Positions 37,408 through 45,534 of a DNA stretch of 48,901 nucleotides are shown piece by piece. The position numbers and the translations under genes are program-made. Source of the stretch: Polyangiales bacterium (GTDB lineage: Bacteria; Myxococcota_A; Polyangia; Polyangiales; Polyangiaceae). The stretch spans positions 1-48,901 of the forward strand of contig JBBRLQ010000046.1 in assembly GCA_038231275.1 (NCBI GenBank). Direction: 5' to 3'. Below the pieces are notes generated by a model. It was not told the DNA's origin. It searched no databases and worked only from the letters and a program-made list of their open reading frames with translations. The stretch's first letter is position 1. Each line of letters opens with the position of its first letter.

Positions 37408-38892
37408 TCACTTCGTCTCTTCGGGTGGCCGCAAGAACCGGCGGCTGCACGTGTCCGCGGCCTCGGCGGTCTTGGCGCTCAAGACACACTGGTACCACGC
37501 GTTGTTGCCGTATTTCAGGCACCCCGACACCAGGTTCAGGAGCGCCGAGTCCTCCGGCGCGCGTTGATGGAGCGTGTTGACGCGCTTCAACGCCTCGCTG
37601 CACAGCTCCGGATCGAGGCGCGTGCGAAAGTCGCGATCCTCGGCCGGCGTCATCCCCGCGGCCGGCTTGGCGGACGCGCTCGGGCGGGGTGCGGCGTCGC
37701 TCGTGGGGTCGAACTTCGGATCACGCGACGGCTCTTCGTTCTGCTTCCCGCACGACGAGCACCCGGTCGTGAAGAGGAGCGCGCCGAGCGCGATCGTCGT
37801 GAGCCACCTTCGAAGCAGCGAATAGCCCTGGCGCACGAGCGGCAAGCTCGTCGACTCGTTCTTTTGGTGAGCTTGCGCGTTCTCACCGGGGCCGAAATTG
37901 ATCGCCGGCACGCCGAGGGCGGAGAACCTCGCTACGTCGGTCCACGCCTGCTTCGGCTCGACGTGCGTGACCCCGCACTTCATGAGGTGTTGCACGAGAG
38001 GGTGGGTCGCCGAGGGCATCGCTGCCGGCGAAAGATCGGTGAACTCCACTGTGGCGCGATCGCCCACCAGCCCACGCAAATACGCCATCGCCTCTTCGAG
38101 CGAGCCGGTCGGCGCGAAGCGGTGATTCACGTTGAGCACGAATTTGTCGGGCACCACGTTGCGGCCGCGCCCGCCGTCCTTCGCCTGCGTCACCGTGGTC
38201 ACCGTGCGGTAGACGAGGCCGTCGATCTCGACATCCTTCGGCGCGAGCGCGGCGAGCTCGGTGAGAAACCCCGCGGCGGCGGTGACCGCGTTGTTTCCCT
38301 CCCACGGCCGCGCGCTGTGCCCCGTCTTCCCCTCGAACGTGATCTGCGCGTGCACCGAGCCGTTGCAGCCAAGGTGGAGCTTGTTGTCGGACGGCTCGAG
38401 GCACACCGCGAGATCGACGCCCGCGAGATCGGGATCCTGACGAAGGACCTCGCCGAGCTCGTTCTCCGCGTACGGACCCTCTTCCCGTGCGTAGAAGACG
38501 AGCGTGAGCTGACAGGGGAGGTCCGACAGGTCCAGGGTCTCCGCGAGGACGATCATCACCGCGAGGCCGCTCTTCATGTCCGACGCGCCGGAGCCGTAGC
38601 AGCGATCGCCGTCGATGCGCGCGGGGCCGTTCTCGGTGCGGACGGTGTCGAGGTGGCCGACGAGCGCGATCTTCGGGCCGCGACGGCGCGTGAGCGGGAC
38701 GACCAGCGAGTTGCCGTAGCGGCGCGCGCTGCCGCTCGGGAGCTTCGAGAGGCGCGCCTGAACCGAGTCGCAGATCGCCTCTTCTTCGCCGATCGGGGAT
38801 GCGATCGAACAGAGCCAGAGGAGGGTCTCTTCGACCCGCTCCTGGCCGAGCACGTCGCTCAGATCCTGGGTGCGGCGATCGGCGGCGCTCAC
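37408..38892 (-). CDS. dapE: succinyl-diaminopimelate desuccinylase (M20) with C-terminal lipoprotein-like extension
   Basis: LVGHLDTV, GASDMKSG, REEG, LEPS, HSARPW, WTDVARF, GPG..AQAH..NE. GTGA-coupled to dapD. Confidence 0.92.
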   Translation of the reverse strand: MSAADRRTQDLSDVLGQERVEETLLWLCSIASPIGEEEAICDSVQARLSKLPSGSARRYGNSLVVPLTRRRGPKIALVGHLDTVRTENGPARIDGDRCYGSGASDMKSGLAVMIVLAETLDLSDLPCQLTLVFYAREEGPYAENELGEVLRQDPDLAGVDLAVCLEPSDNKLHLGCNGSVHAQITFEGKTGHSARPWEGNNAVTAAAGFLTELAALAPKDVEIDGLVYRTVTTVTQAKDGGRGRNVVPDKFVLNVNHRFAPTGSLEEAMAYLRGLVGDRATVEFTDLSPAAMPSATHPLVQHLMKCGVTHVEPKQAWTDVARFSALGVPAINFGPGENAQAHQKNESTSLPLVRQGYSLLRRWLTTIALGALLFTTGCSSCGKQNEEPSRDPKFDPTSDAAPRPSASAKPAAGMTPAEDRDFRTRLDPELCSEALKRVNTLHQRAPEDSALLNLVSGCLKYGNNAWYQCVLSAKTAEAADTCSRRFLRPPEETK

Positions 38893-39719
38893 ACCGAGAC
38901 TCCGAAGTCGCGGAGGGCGGCGTTCAAGCTCACCTTGCGATCCGTCGACGCGTTGCGCGTGCCAATGACGAGCGCGCAGGGCACGCCGAACTCGCCGGCC
39001 GGGAATTTCTTCGGACGCGTGCCAGGGATGACGACGCTGCGGGGCGGGACGTGCCCTTTCGACTCGACCGGCACCGTCCCGGTCACGTCGATGATGGTCG
39101 TCGACGCGGTGAGGACCACGCCGGCGCCGATCACCGCCTCGCGTCCGACTCGCACGCCCTCGACGACGATCGCGCGCGAGCCGATGAAGCAGCCGTCCTC
39201 GATGATCACCGGACGCGCGCCGGGCGGCTCGAGGACGCCGCCGAGGCCGACGCCGCCAGAGAGGTGGCAGTCCTTGCCGACCTGCGCGCACGAGCCGACG
39301 GTCGCCCAGGTGTCGACCATCGTGCCGGCGCCGACGCGAGCGCCGATGTTGACGTAGCCGGGCATGACGATGACCCCGGGCTCGCAGAACGCGCCGCGAC
39401 GCACCACCCCGGGAGGCACCACGCGCACGCCTTGCGCGGCGAGGCCGGTCTTGAGCGGGATCTTGTCGTGGAACTCGAAGGGACCGGCCGTCCATGTCTC
39501 CATCTTGCGGAGCGCGAAGTAGAGGAGAATGGCCTCCTTTACCCAGGCGTGGACGGTCCACTCTCCGCCGTCTTCCGCCGGCGGCGACGCGACGCGGAGA
39601 TCGCCTCGGTCGAGCAGCTCGATCGCGGCCTCGACGGCGGCGGCGTGGGGCGCGGTGGCGAGTTTGGCGCGATCGGTCCATGCGGCCTCGACGAGGCCTC
39701 GGATCTCATCCGGCGACAT
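38889..39719 (-). CDS. dapD: 2,3,4,5-tetrahydropyridine-2,6-dicarboxylate N-succinyltransferase
   Basis: WVKEAILLYF, DKIPLK, MVDTWATVGSCAQVG, HLSGGVGLGGVLEP, TDRKVSLNAALR. Confidence 0.98.
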   Translation of the reverse strand: MSPDEIRGLVEAAWTDRAKLATAPHAAAVEAAIELLDRGDLRVASPPAEDGGEWTVHAWVKEAILLYFALRKMETWTAGPFEFHDKIPLKTGLAAQGVRVVPPGVVRRGAFCEPGVIVMPGYVNIGARVGAGTMVDTWATVGSCAQVGKDCHLSGGVGLGGVLEPPGARPVIIEDGCFIGSRAIVVEGVRVGREAVIGAGVVLTASTTIIDVTGTVPVESKGHVPPRSVVIPGTRPKKFPAGEFGVPCALVIGTRNASTDRKVSLNAALRDFGVSV

Positions 39720-39730
39720 GGACGTGGACG

Positions 39731-40519
39731 TTAGCGCACTACGGGGAGGGAGAGCACCACTTGGCGCTCGCTCGCGGCGAGGCGGCCGCCCATGGCACGC
39801 GCCGCGTCCTCGAGGATCGAATCGGTCGGAGGGATGCGCCTCATCACGCGCGTCGTGACCGAGGGATGCGCCATCGACGACGCGTCGGCGGCGGTGACGG
39901 TCAAGGTCACGTTGGGGGTCTCGCAGCGCGCGATGACGGTGAGATCGCGGACGCCGGCGGTTCTCACGCGCACGAGCGCGCCGCCGAGGATTCGCGCGAC
40001 CACGTGCGGATCGGCGAGCACGACGCACGCTGCGTCGTCGGTGACGACGTGCACGAGGATCCCCTCCGACGACGGCGGGACGCTGCCCGCCATGCCGAGC
40101 GCCGCGCGCGTCAGCTCCGCAAGCGACAGCTCGCCGAGCTTGGCCGTGTGCGCGCGCTCGGACAGATCCAGCAGATCGACGGCCGCGTCGAGCTCGATGC
40201 GCACGCTCGCGAGGACTTGCTCGAGCGCAAGGCGCGCGCGGGTCTCCACGGCGTCGGTCCCTGCCTCACGGAGCGCCTGCTCCAATGCGTCCAGTCGATC
40301 GCCCGCATATGCGGCGAGGTCGACGCGCGGCGGGCTCGGGTTGCCGTCTAACGCGGCGCGCAGCACGCCGCAGCTCGCAACGAGCTCGGGCAGCAACGTC
40401 GCGAGGACGTCGGACCCCACGCGCGGGCTGCGCAGGAGCGTTTCAAGGTTGTGGACCGCGGCGAGTGCGTCGCGGACCTGCCCCCATGCGGAGGCGTGAG
40501 CCGATTCGTTTTTGGTCAT
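39731..40519 (-). CDS. hypothetical protein, degenerate histidine-kinase-like fold
   Basis: VHNLETLL helix, VLADPHVVARIL, VTLTV, ARAMGGRL, VVLSLP. N and G boxes not recognisable. Confidence 0.55.
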   Translation of the reverse strand: MTKNESAHASAWGQVRDALAAVHNLETLLRSPRVGSDVLATLLPELVASCGVLRAALDGNPSPPRVDLAAYAGDRLDALEQALREAGTDAVETRARLALEQVLASVRIELDAAVDLLDLSERAHTAKLGELSLAELTRAALGMAGSVPPSSEGILVHVVTDDAACVVLADPHVVARILGGALVRVRTAGVRDLTVIARCETPNVTLTVTAADASSMAHPSVTTRVMRRIPPTDSILEDAARAMGGRLAASERQVVLSLPVVR

Positions 40520-40558
40520 TGGGGAAGCCGAGCTTCCCCCCCTGACCCGTAGTCTACA

Positions 40559-40990
40559 TCATCCGGCGACGGGCGCGACTTCCGAAGCGGCGAAGAAGTA
40601 GCCGATCTCGATCTTCGCGTTGTCGAGCGAATCTGAGCCGTGCACTGCGTTCTCGCCGACGTTCGAACCGTAGAGTTTGCGGATGGTCCCCGCCTCGGCC
40701 TTCGCCGGGTCGGTGGCGCCCATCACGGTGCGGTATTGTGCGACCGCGTTGTCACGCTCGAGCACGGCAATGACGACCGGCGAGCGCGTCATGAACTGGA
40801 CGAGCTCTCCGAAGAAGGGGCGCGCCTTGTGGACGGCGTAAAATCCCTCGGCCACCTGCCTGGAGAGATGGGTGCGCTTCAGGGCGACGAGGGTGAAGCC
40901 GCTTTCCTCGAGCTTGGCGAGGACGTGCCCCGCTTTGTTCTTTTCGACGGCGTCCGGCTTCACGATGCAAAGGGTGCGTTCAAGGGCCAT
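40559..40990 (-). CDS. ndk: nucleoside diphosphate kinase
   Basis: ERTLCIVKPDAV, FYAVHKARPFF, MGATDP, NAVHGSDS. Confidence 0.99.
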   Translation of the reverse strand: MALERTLCIVKPDAVEKNKAGHVLAKLEESGFTLVALKRTHLSRQVAEGFYAVHKARPFFGELVQFMTRSPVVIAVLERDNAVAQYRTVMGATDPAKAEAGTIRKLYGSNVGENAVHGSDSLDNAKIEIGYFFAASEVAPVAG

Positions 40991-41068
40991 GTTTTGCCGC
41001 TCTCTCTAGAGGAGGACGCCCAAAAGTGCAAGACGACGTCGCGAATTCGCGGGTAGTCTCCTAGCCGA

Positions 41069-42658
41069 ATGGCAAAGCTCGAGACGGACGTCGTCGTCAT
41101 CGGGGCGGGGCACAACGGCCTCGTCGCGGCGCTGCTCCTCGCCCGAAAGGGGCTCCGCGTCCACGTCGTGGAGGACAAAGGCGTCGTCGGCGGCGCCGTG
41201 CGCACCGAGCGTCCGTTCAAGAAGGCGCCCGAGCTCGGCATCTCCACCGGCGCGTACCTCCTCGGCCTCATGCCGCCGGAGCTGCTCCGCAAGCTCGGCA
41301 TCGACATCCCCACGCGCCGCCGCGATCCCCACTATTTCCTGCCGACGACCGACAACCGGTACCTCATGTTCGGCTCCGACGCGGCGAGCACGAAGCACCA
41401 GTTCATCGAGTTCTTCTCGGAGGCCGACTGGCGCGCGAACGAGGCGATGATCGACGAGATCGCCAAGATGCGCGACGACATCGCGCCGACGTGGCTCATG
41501 GAGCCGGTGTCGATCGAGCAGACCGCCGATCGCTACGTGAGGCCCGAGCTCCGCGAGGCGTTCGTCAACCTCTGCCGCGGCAGCGTCGGCGCGTACCTCG
41601 ATCGCTTCGAGTTCAAGAGCGATCTCGTGAAGGCGATGTACGCCACGACCGACGGTTTCTCCGGCGTGTACGGCACCTGGGACACGCCCGGCACCGGGAT
41701 GAATTTTCTCGTCCACAACATGTGCCGGCTGCCCGGCGCCGACGGCACGTGGATGCTCGTCGAAGGCGGCATGGGCACGATCACGCAGCGCCTCGCCGAC
41801 GCCGCGAAGCGCGCGGGGGCCGTGATCGAGACCGGCCGCGGCGTCGCCAAGATCCTCGTCCAGGGGAACGTCGCCAAGGGCGTCGCGCTCGTCGACGGCA
41901 CCGAGATCGACGCGAGCGTCATCGTCTGCAACGCCGATCCGTTCCGGATGCGCGCGATGGTCGGCGACGAGAGCCTGCCCGCCGAATACACCGAGCGCCT
42001 CGACATGTACGCGACGAAGCCCGGCTCGACGTTCAAGCTGAACCTCGCGATGAAGGGCCTCCCGAAGTTCACGTGCTGCCCCGACGACAAACGCGTGTAC
42101 GGCCCGACCATCCATCTGTTACCGGACGAGAAGGACGTCATCCGCACGCTGAAGGATGGCTTCGCCGAGGTGCAGGCCGGCAAGCTCCCGTCGTTCCCGA
42201 CCATCGAGTGGTACATCCACACGACCGTCGATCCGACGCTGCGCGACGCCGAGGGCCACCACAACTCCGCGCTCTTCGTGCAGTGGGCGCCGTACGAGCT
42301 CGCAGGCGGCAAGAAATGGGAGGACGAGGAGGCCGGCTTCGTGAAGCACCTCCTCTCCATCTGCGATCGCTTCGCGCCGGGCACGAGCGATCTCGTCGTC
42401 GACTACTTCGCGCTCCACCCGAAGAAGATCGAAGAGCACTTTGGAATCACGCGCGGCCACATCCACCACGTGGACAACGGGTGGGGGTTCTCCGATCGTC
42501 TCCCGATCACGACGCCGATCGCCGGCCTCTATTCGTGCAGCTCCGGGTGTCATCCGGCCGGCGCAGTCATCGGCGCGGCCGGCCACAACGCCGCGGCCCG
42601 CGTCGTGAGGGACATGGAAGTCCGTCTCGAAGAGACCCTCGCGCAGGTGAAGCGCTGA
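41069..42658 (+). CDS. phytoene desaturase-like FAD-dependent oxidoreductase
   Basis: VIGAGHNGLVAA, EGGMGTIT, GHIHH, GLYSCSSGCHPAGAVIGAAGHNAA. Confidence 0.9.
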   Translation: MAKLETDVVVIGAGHNGLVAALLLARKGLRVHVVEDKGVVGGAVRTERPFKKAPELGISTGAYLLGLMPPELLRKLGIDIPTRRRDPHYFLPTTDNRYLMFGSDAASTKHQFIEFFSEADWRANEAMIDEIAKMRDDIAPTWLMEPVSIEQTADRYVRPELREAFVNLCRGSVGAYLDRFEFKSDLVKAMYATTDGFSGVYGTWDTPGTGMNFLVHNMCRLPGADGTWMLVEGGMGTITQRLADAAKRAGAVIETGRGVAKILVQGNVAKGVALVDGTEIDASVIVCNADPFRMRAMVGDESLPAEYTERLDMYATKPGSTFKLNLAMKGLPKFTCCPDDKRVYGPTIHLLPDEKDVIRTLKDGFAEVQAGKLPSFPTIEWYIHTTVDPTLRDAEGHHNSALFVQWAPYELAGGKKWEDEEAGFVKHLLSICDRFAPGTSDLVVDYFALHPKKIEEHFGITRGHIHHVDNGWGFSDRLPITTPIAGLYSCSSGCHPAGAVIGAAGHNAAARVVRDMEVRLEETLAQVKR

Positions 42659-42676
42659 CGGCCTCGACGGCTCTTC

Positions 42677-42716
42677 AGGACCGTTCCGCTCCGCTGCGCT
42701 TCGCTCGACTACTCAG
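42677..42716 (+). repeat. short dispersed repeat, copy 2
   Basis: AGGACCGTTCCGCTCCGCTGCGCTTCGCTCGACTACTCAG, matching the reverse complement of 24851-24884. Confidence 0.6.
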
Positions 42717-43279
42717 CGTGCCTTCGCGTAGAGTTGCACCGCGACGTCGCCGCTTCCCCTGTCGGCATGGAGCTCGAGGAGGTACGGGGTGTCGGGGTCC
42801 GGGCAGATCGGCGGCTTGCCGATGGTGGGCGTGGTGTCGTCGTCGCCGTCCTCGGCGACCAGGGATGGCGCGCTCCCCTTCGCGGTCTTCCACAAACGGA
42901 TGTCGAAGTCGGCGACCTTGCCGTCCGGCGAAAATCCGACGATGACGTAACACGTGCCGGCGTGGAGGGTGACCTCGGCCTTGGCGCGGCCCTTCGCGTC
43001 GAGCGTCGCCGTGAAGGCGGGCCCCTCGGCCGTCATTCCCGACGCGAACCACGCGCTCGTCTCCTTGAGCCCTTGCGCGAGCACAGCGGCGGGCGCGGCG
43101 GAGGTCCTCGCGGCGGGCGCGGCGCTCGCAATTGCGAAGGCCGCGTCGCTCGGACCTCCGACGGTCATGCCCGGCGGGGCGGAGGTCGTCCCCGGGACCG
43201 GCGGCGGCGGCGGCGCTCCGCCCGCGCACGCGGCAAGGAGCACCATCGAAGGAAGCGAGAGGATCGCACGAAAGCTCAT
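42713..43279 (-). CDS. lipoprotein with PPC-like beta-sandwich domain
   Basis: LAAC lipobox, GTCYVIVG..DFDIRL..LVAED..CP pattern. GAGGAG upstream of ATG 43279. Confidence 0.75.
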   Translation of the reverse strand: MSFRAILSLPSMVLLAACAGGAPPPPPVPGTTSAPPGMTVGGPSDAAFAIASAAPAARTSAAPAAVLAQGLKETSAWFASGMTAEGPAFTATLDAKGRAKAEVTLHAGTCYVIVGFSPDGKVADFDIRLWKTAKGSAPSLVAEDGDDDTTPTIGKPPICPDPDTPYLLELHADRGSGDVAVQLYAKAR

Positions 43280-43314
43280 GTCGCTCCTCATATCAGGCAG
43301 TAAACTTCGACGCC

Positions 43315-44745
43315 ATGCGAAGGCTCGTCTCCACCGTCGCGGCGTCGATCATGCTCGTTGCGTGCGGCGCCGGCCCATCCCCGACTCCGGTAGCTGCCAC
43401 GGCGTCCACGCCCGCGGCGATCGCCGACGCGGCGCCTCCGCCTCCCAAACCCGAGCCCACTCCGACGACGTCGAAAGAGATCGCGCTGGCGACGATCAAG
43501 AAGCTCGTGGCGCACGACTTCGAAGGCGTCACGTCGACGTTCGGGCCAAAAATGCAGGGGGCGGTCACCAAAGAGCAACTCGCCGGAGTGTGGGCGCAGG
43601 TCGAGGGGGCGAGCGGAAACTTCGTTGGAACGAGCGACGTCGTCGAGCACGGGACGACCACGGACGACGTCGTCATCCTCACGGCGACGTTCGAGAAGGG
43701 CGAATTCGAGGTGACCGTCGCGGTCGCGAAGGACACGCGCGCGCTCGATGGGCTCGTGATGCGCCCGAAGATCCCGCACGCCTTCCCGCCGCCCGCCTAC
43801 GCCGATCGCGCGGCATTCACCGAACGCGAAGTGACCGTGGGCTCCGCGCCATGGGCGCTGCCGGGGACGTTGACCGTGCCGAAGGGGGCGAAAAGCAAGG
43901 TGCCGGGCGTCGTCCTGATTCACGGCTCCGGTCCCAACGATCGCGACGAGACGATCGGCGGCGTGAAGCCGTTCCGCGATCTCGCGTGGGGCCTCGCGTC
44001 GCGCGGCGTCGCGGTCCTGCGCTACGAGAAGCGGACGCGCGCGCACGCGGCGGAGATTGGCCCGATCGCCGAGGATCTGACGCCTAAGGAGGAGGTGGTG
44101 GACGACGCCGTGCTCGCCGTGCGCCTGCTCGAATCCGACGCGGCGGTCGACCCCAAGCGAACGTTCGTCCTCGGCCACAGCATGGGCGCAACGTTTGCGC
44201 CGCGCGTCGCCGTCGCCGCGCCCGAGATCGCGGGCCTCGTGCTCGTCGCGGGAATGACTCGGCCATTGGAAGACGTGATCCTCGAGCAGCATCGCTACCT
44301 CCTCGGCCTCGGCAGCGTGCCGCAGGAGCAGGCGAAGCAGTTTCTCGAGAAGCTCGAACGTCAGGTCAAGAACGTGAAGGACCCGAAGCTCTCGCCGGCG
44401 ACGCCGTCGACCGATCTCCCGCTCGGCGTCGGTGCGAAGTACTGGCTCGATCTGCGCGGCTACGATCCGGCGGCGGCCGCCGCGGCGGTGAAGAAGCCCG
44501 CCCTCGTCTTGTGGGGCGCGCGCGATTTCCAGGTGCGCCAGGCCGATTTCGCGCGCTACGAGAAGGCGTTCGCGGGGAGGAAGGACGTCGTCCTGCGCAC
44601 GCTCCCGGGGATCAGCCACGCGCTCACCGCGGCGCCGCAGGGAGCCCCGCCGATGAGCACGCCCGACGAGTACGAGGCCGACGCCAACGTCGATCCGATC
44701 GTCGTCGACGCGATCGCCCGGTTCGTCGATCCGCATAAACGCTGA
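43315..44745 (+). CDS. alpha/beta-hydrolase lipoprotein with DUF3887-like N-terminal domain
   Basis: LVAC lipobox, LPGTLTVP, HGSGPNDRDE, LRYEKR, GHSMG nucleophile, RDFQV, ISH. Confidence 0.9.
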   Translation: MRRLVSTVAASIMLVACGAGPSPTPVAATASTPAAIADAAPPPPKPEPTPTTSKEIALATIKKLVAHDFEGVTSTFGPKMQGAVTKEQLAGVWAQVEGASGNFVGTSDVVEHGTTTDDVVILTATFEKGEFEVTVAVAKDTRALDGLVMRPKIPHAFPPPAYADRAAFTEREVTVGSAPWALPGTLTVPKGAKSKVPGVVLIHGSGPNDRDETIGGVKPFRDLAWGLASRGVAVLRYEKRTRAHAAEIGPIAEDLTPKEEVVDDAVLAVRLLESDAAVDPKRTFVLGHSMGATFAPRVAVAAPEIAGLVLVAGMTRPLEDVILEQHRYLLGLGSVPQEQAKQFLEKLERQVKNVKDPKLSPATPSTDLPLGVGAKYWLDLRGYDPAAAAAAVKKPALVLWGARDFQVRQADFARYEKAFAGRKDVVLRTLPGISHALTAAPQGAPPMSTPDEYEADANVDPIVVDAIARFVDPHKR

Positions 44746-44751
44746 GGCTCC

Positions 44752-45534
44752 TTGTCCTCGCTCTTCCGGAACGCCGCCGTCGTGCTCGCATTCGTCGGCT
44801 TTCCGGCGTGCGCGCAGAAACCTACGCGCGTGATCGACGAGCCCGTCTGGGTCAGCGCTCCGTCGCCACGAGATGTCGGAACCACCTGCGCCGACGTGCA
44901 CGACGCCCGCGCCTGTTGGGGCTCGCAGGAAGGCAGCCTCGTGGTGGTGCCGCGGTCGCTGCCGACGGCCGGGGTCGCGTGGCGTTGCGTCGGGCATGGA
45001 GAGTCGCGCCGTTGCCGTCGGCGATCGGGGACGACCGGCGCGTTCGTGTGCGACGGAGGCGCGTGCGCCCAGGATCACCCGCGGATGCCCGACGACGGCG
45101 AATGGGAGTGCTTCGAGCGCGACGGAGCCGTCGCGTGCCTGGGTGGCGAGGCTGCGGCGGCCGTCGTCGGCGGGCGACGCGATGAGGCGTGGATTTGCGG
45201 CGTTCGGCGAACGCATGCCGACGCCGGAGGGCCCGCGTCGGCGCCGGCTCGCGTGTGCGTCGATCTCGCGCCCGATCGGCCGGACGACGCGGGGTTCGGT
45301 CAGTGCGCCATTGCACATCGCCCCGCGGGTGCGCGGCAGATCTGTACGCCGAGCAAGACCACGAGCCTAGGCGCGTCGTGCGGTGGTGCCGGCGGCGCGA
45401 CGTGCCCGCCTGGCGCCGCGTGCGTGACGAGCGTCTGCGTCCCTGCCCGCGTTCCCCTCGGCGAGTGCTGGCAGGACACGGATTGCGCGGAAGGCCAGGC
45501 CTGTGTGTTCGCGACGTGCGCGAGGCGATCGTGA
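44752..45534 (+). CDS. Cys-rich putative lipoprotein
   Basis: Hydrophobic leader ending FPAC, many Cys, ends CWQDTDC..C...C. TTG start uncertain. Confidence 0.7.
   Translation: MSSLFRNAAVVLAFVGFPACAQKPTRVIDEPVWVSAPSPRDVGTTCADVHDARACWGSQEGSLVVVPRSLPTAGVAWRCVGHGESRRCRRRSGTTGAFVCDGGACAQDHPRMPDDGEWECFERDGAVACLGGEAAAAVVGGRRDEAWICGVRRTHADAGGPASAPARVCVDLAPDRPDDAGFGQCAIAHRPAGARQICTPSKTTSLGASCGGAGGATCPPGAACVTSVCVPARVPLGECWQDTDCAEGQACVFATCARRS

Noticed and set aside
37408..39681. Apparent 757-aa DapD-DapE fusion
   Set aside because: dapD is in another frame with its own stop at 38889. dapE starts at GTG 38892.
41069..42658. crtI / carotenoid cluster
   Set aside because: Only the general phytoene-desaturase-like fold is evident and there are no crtB/crtE neighbours, so no symbol was assigned.
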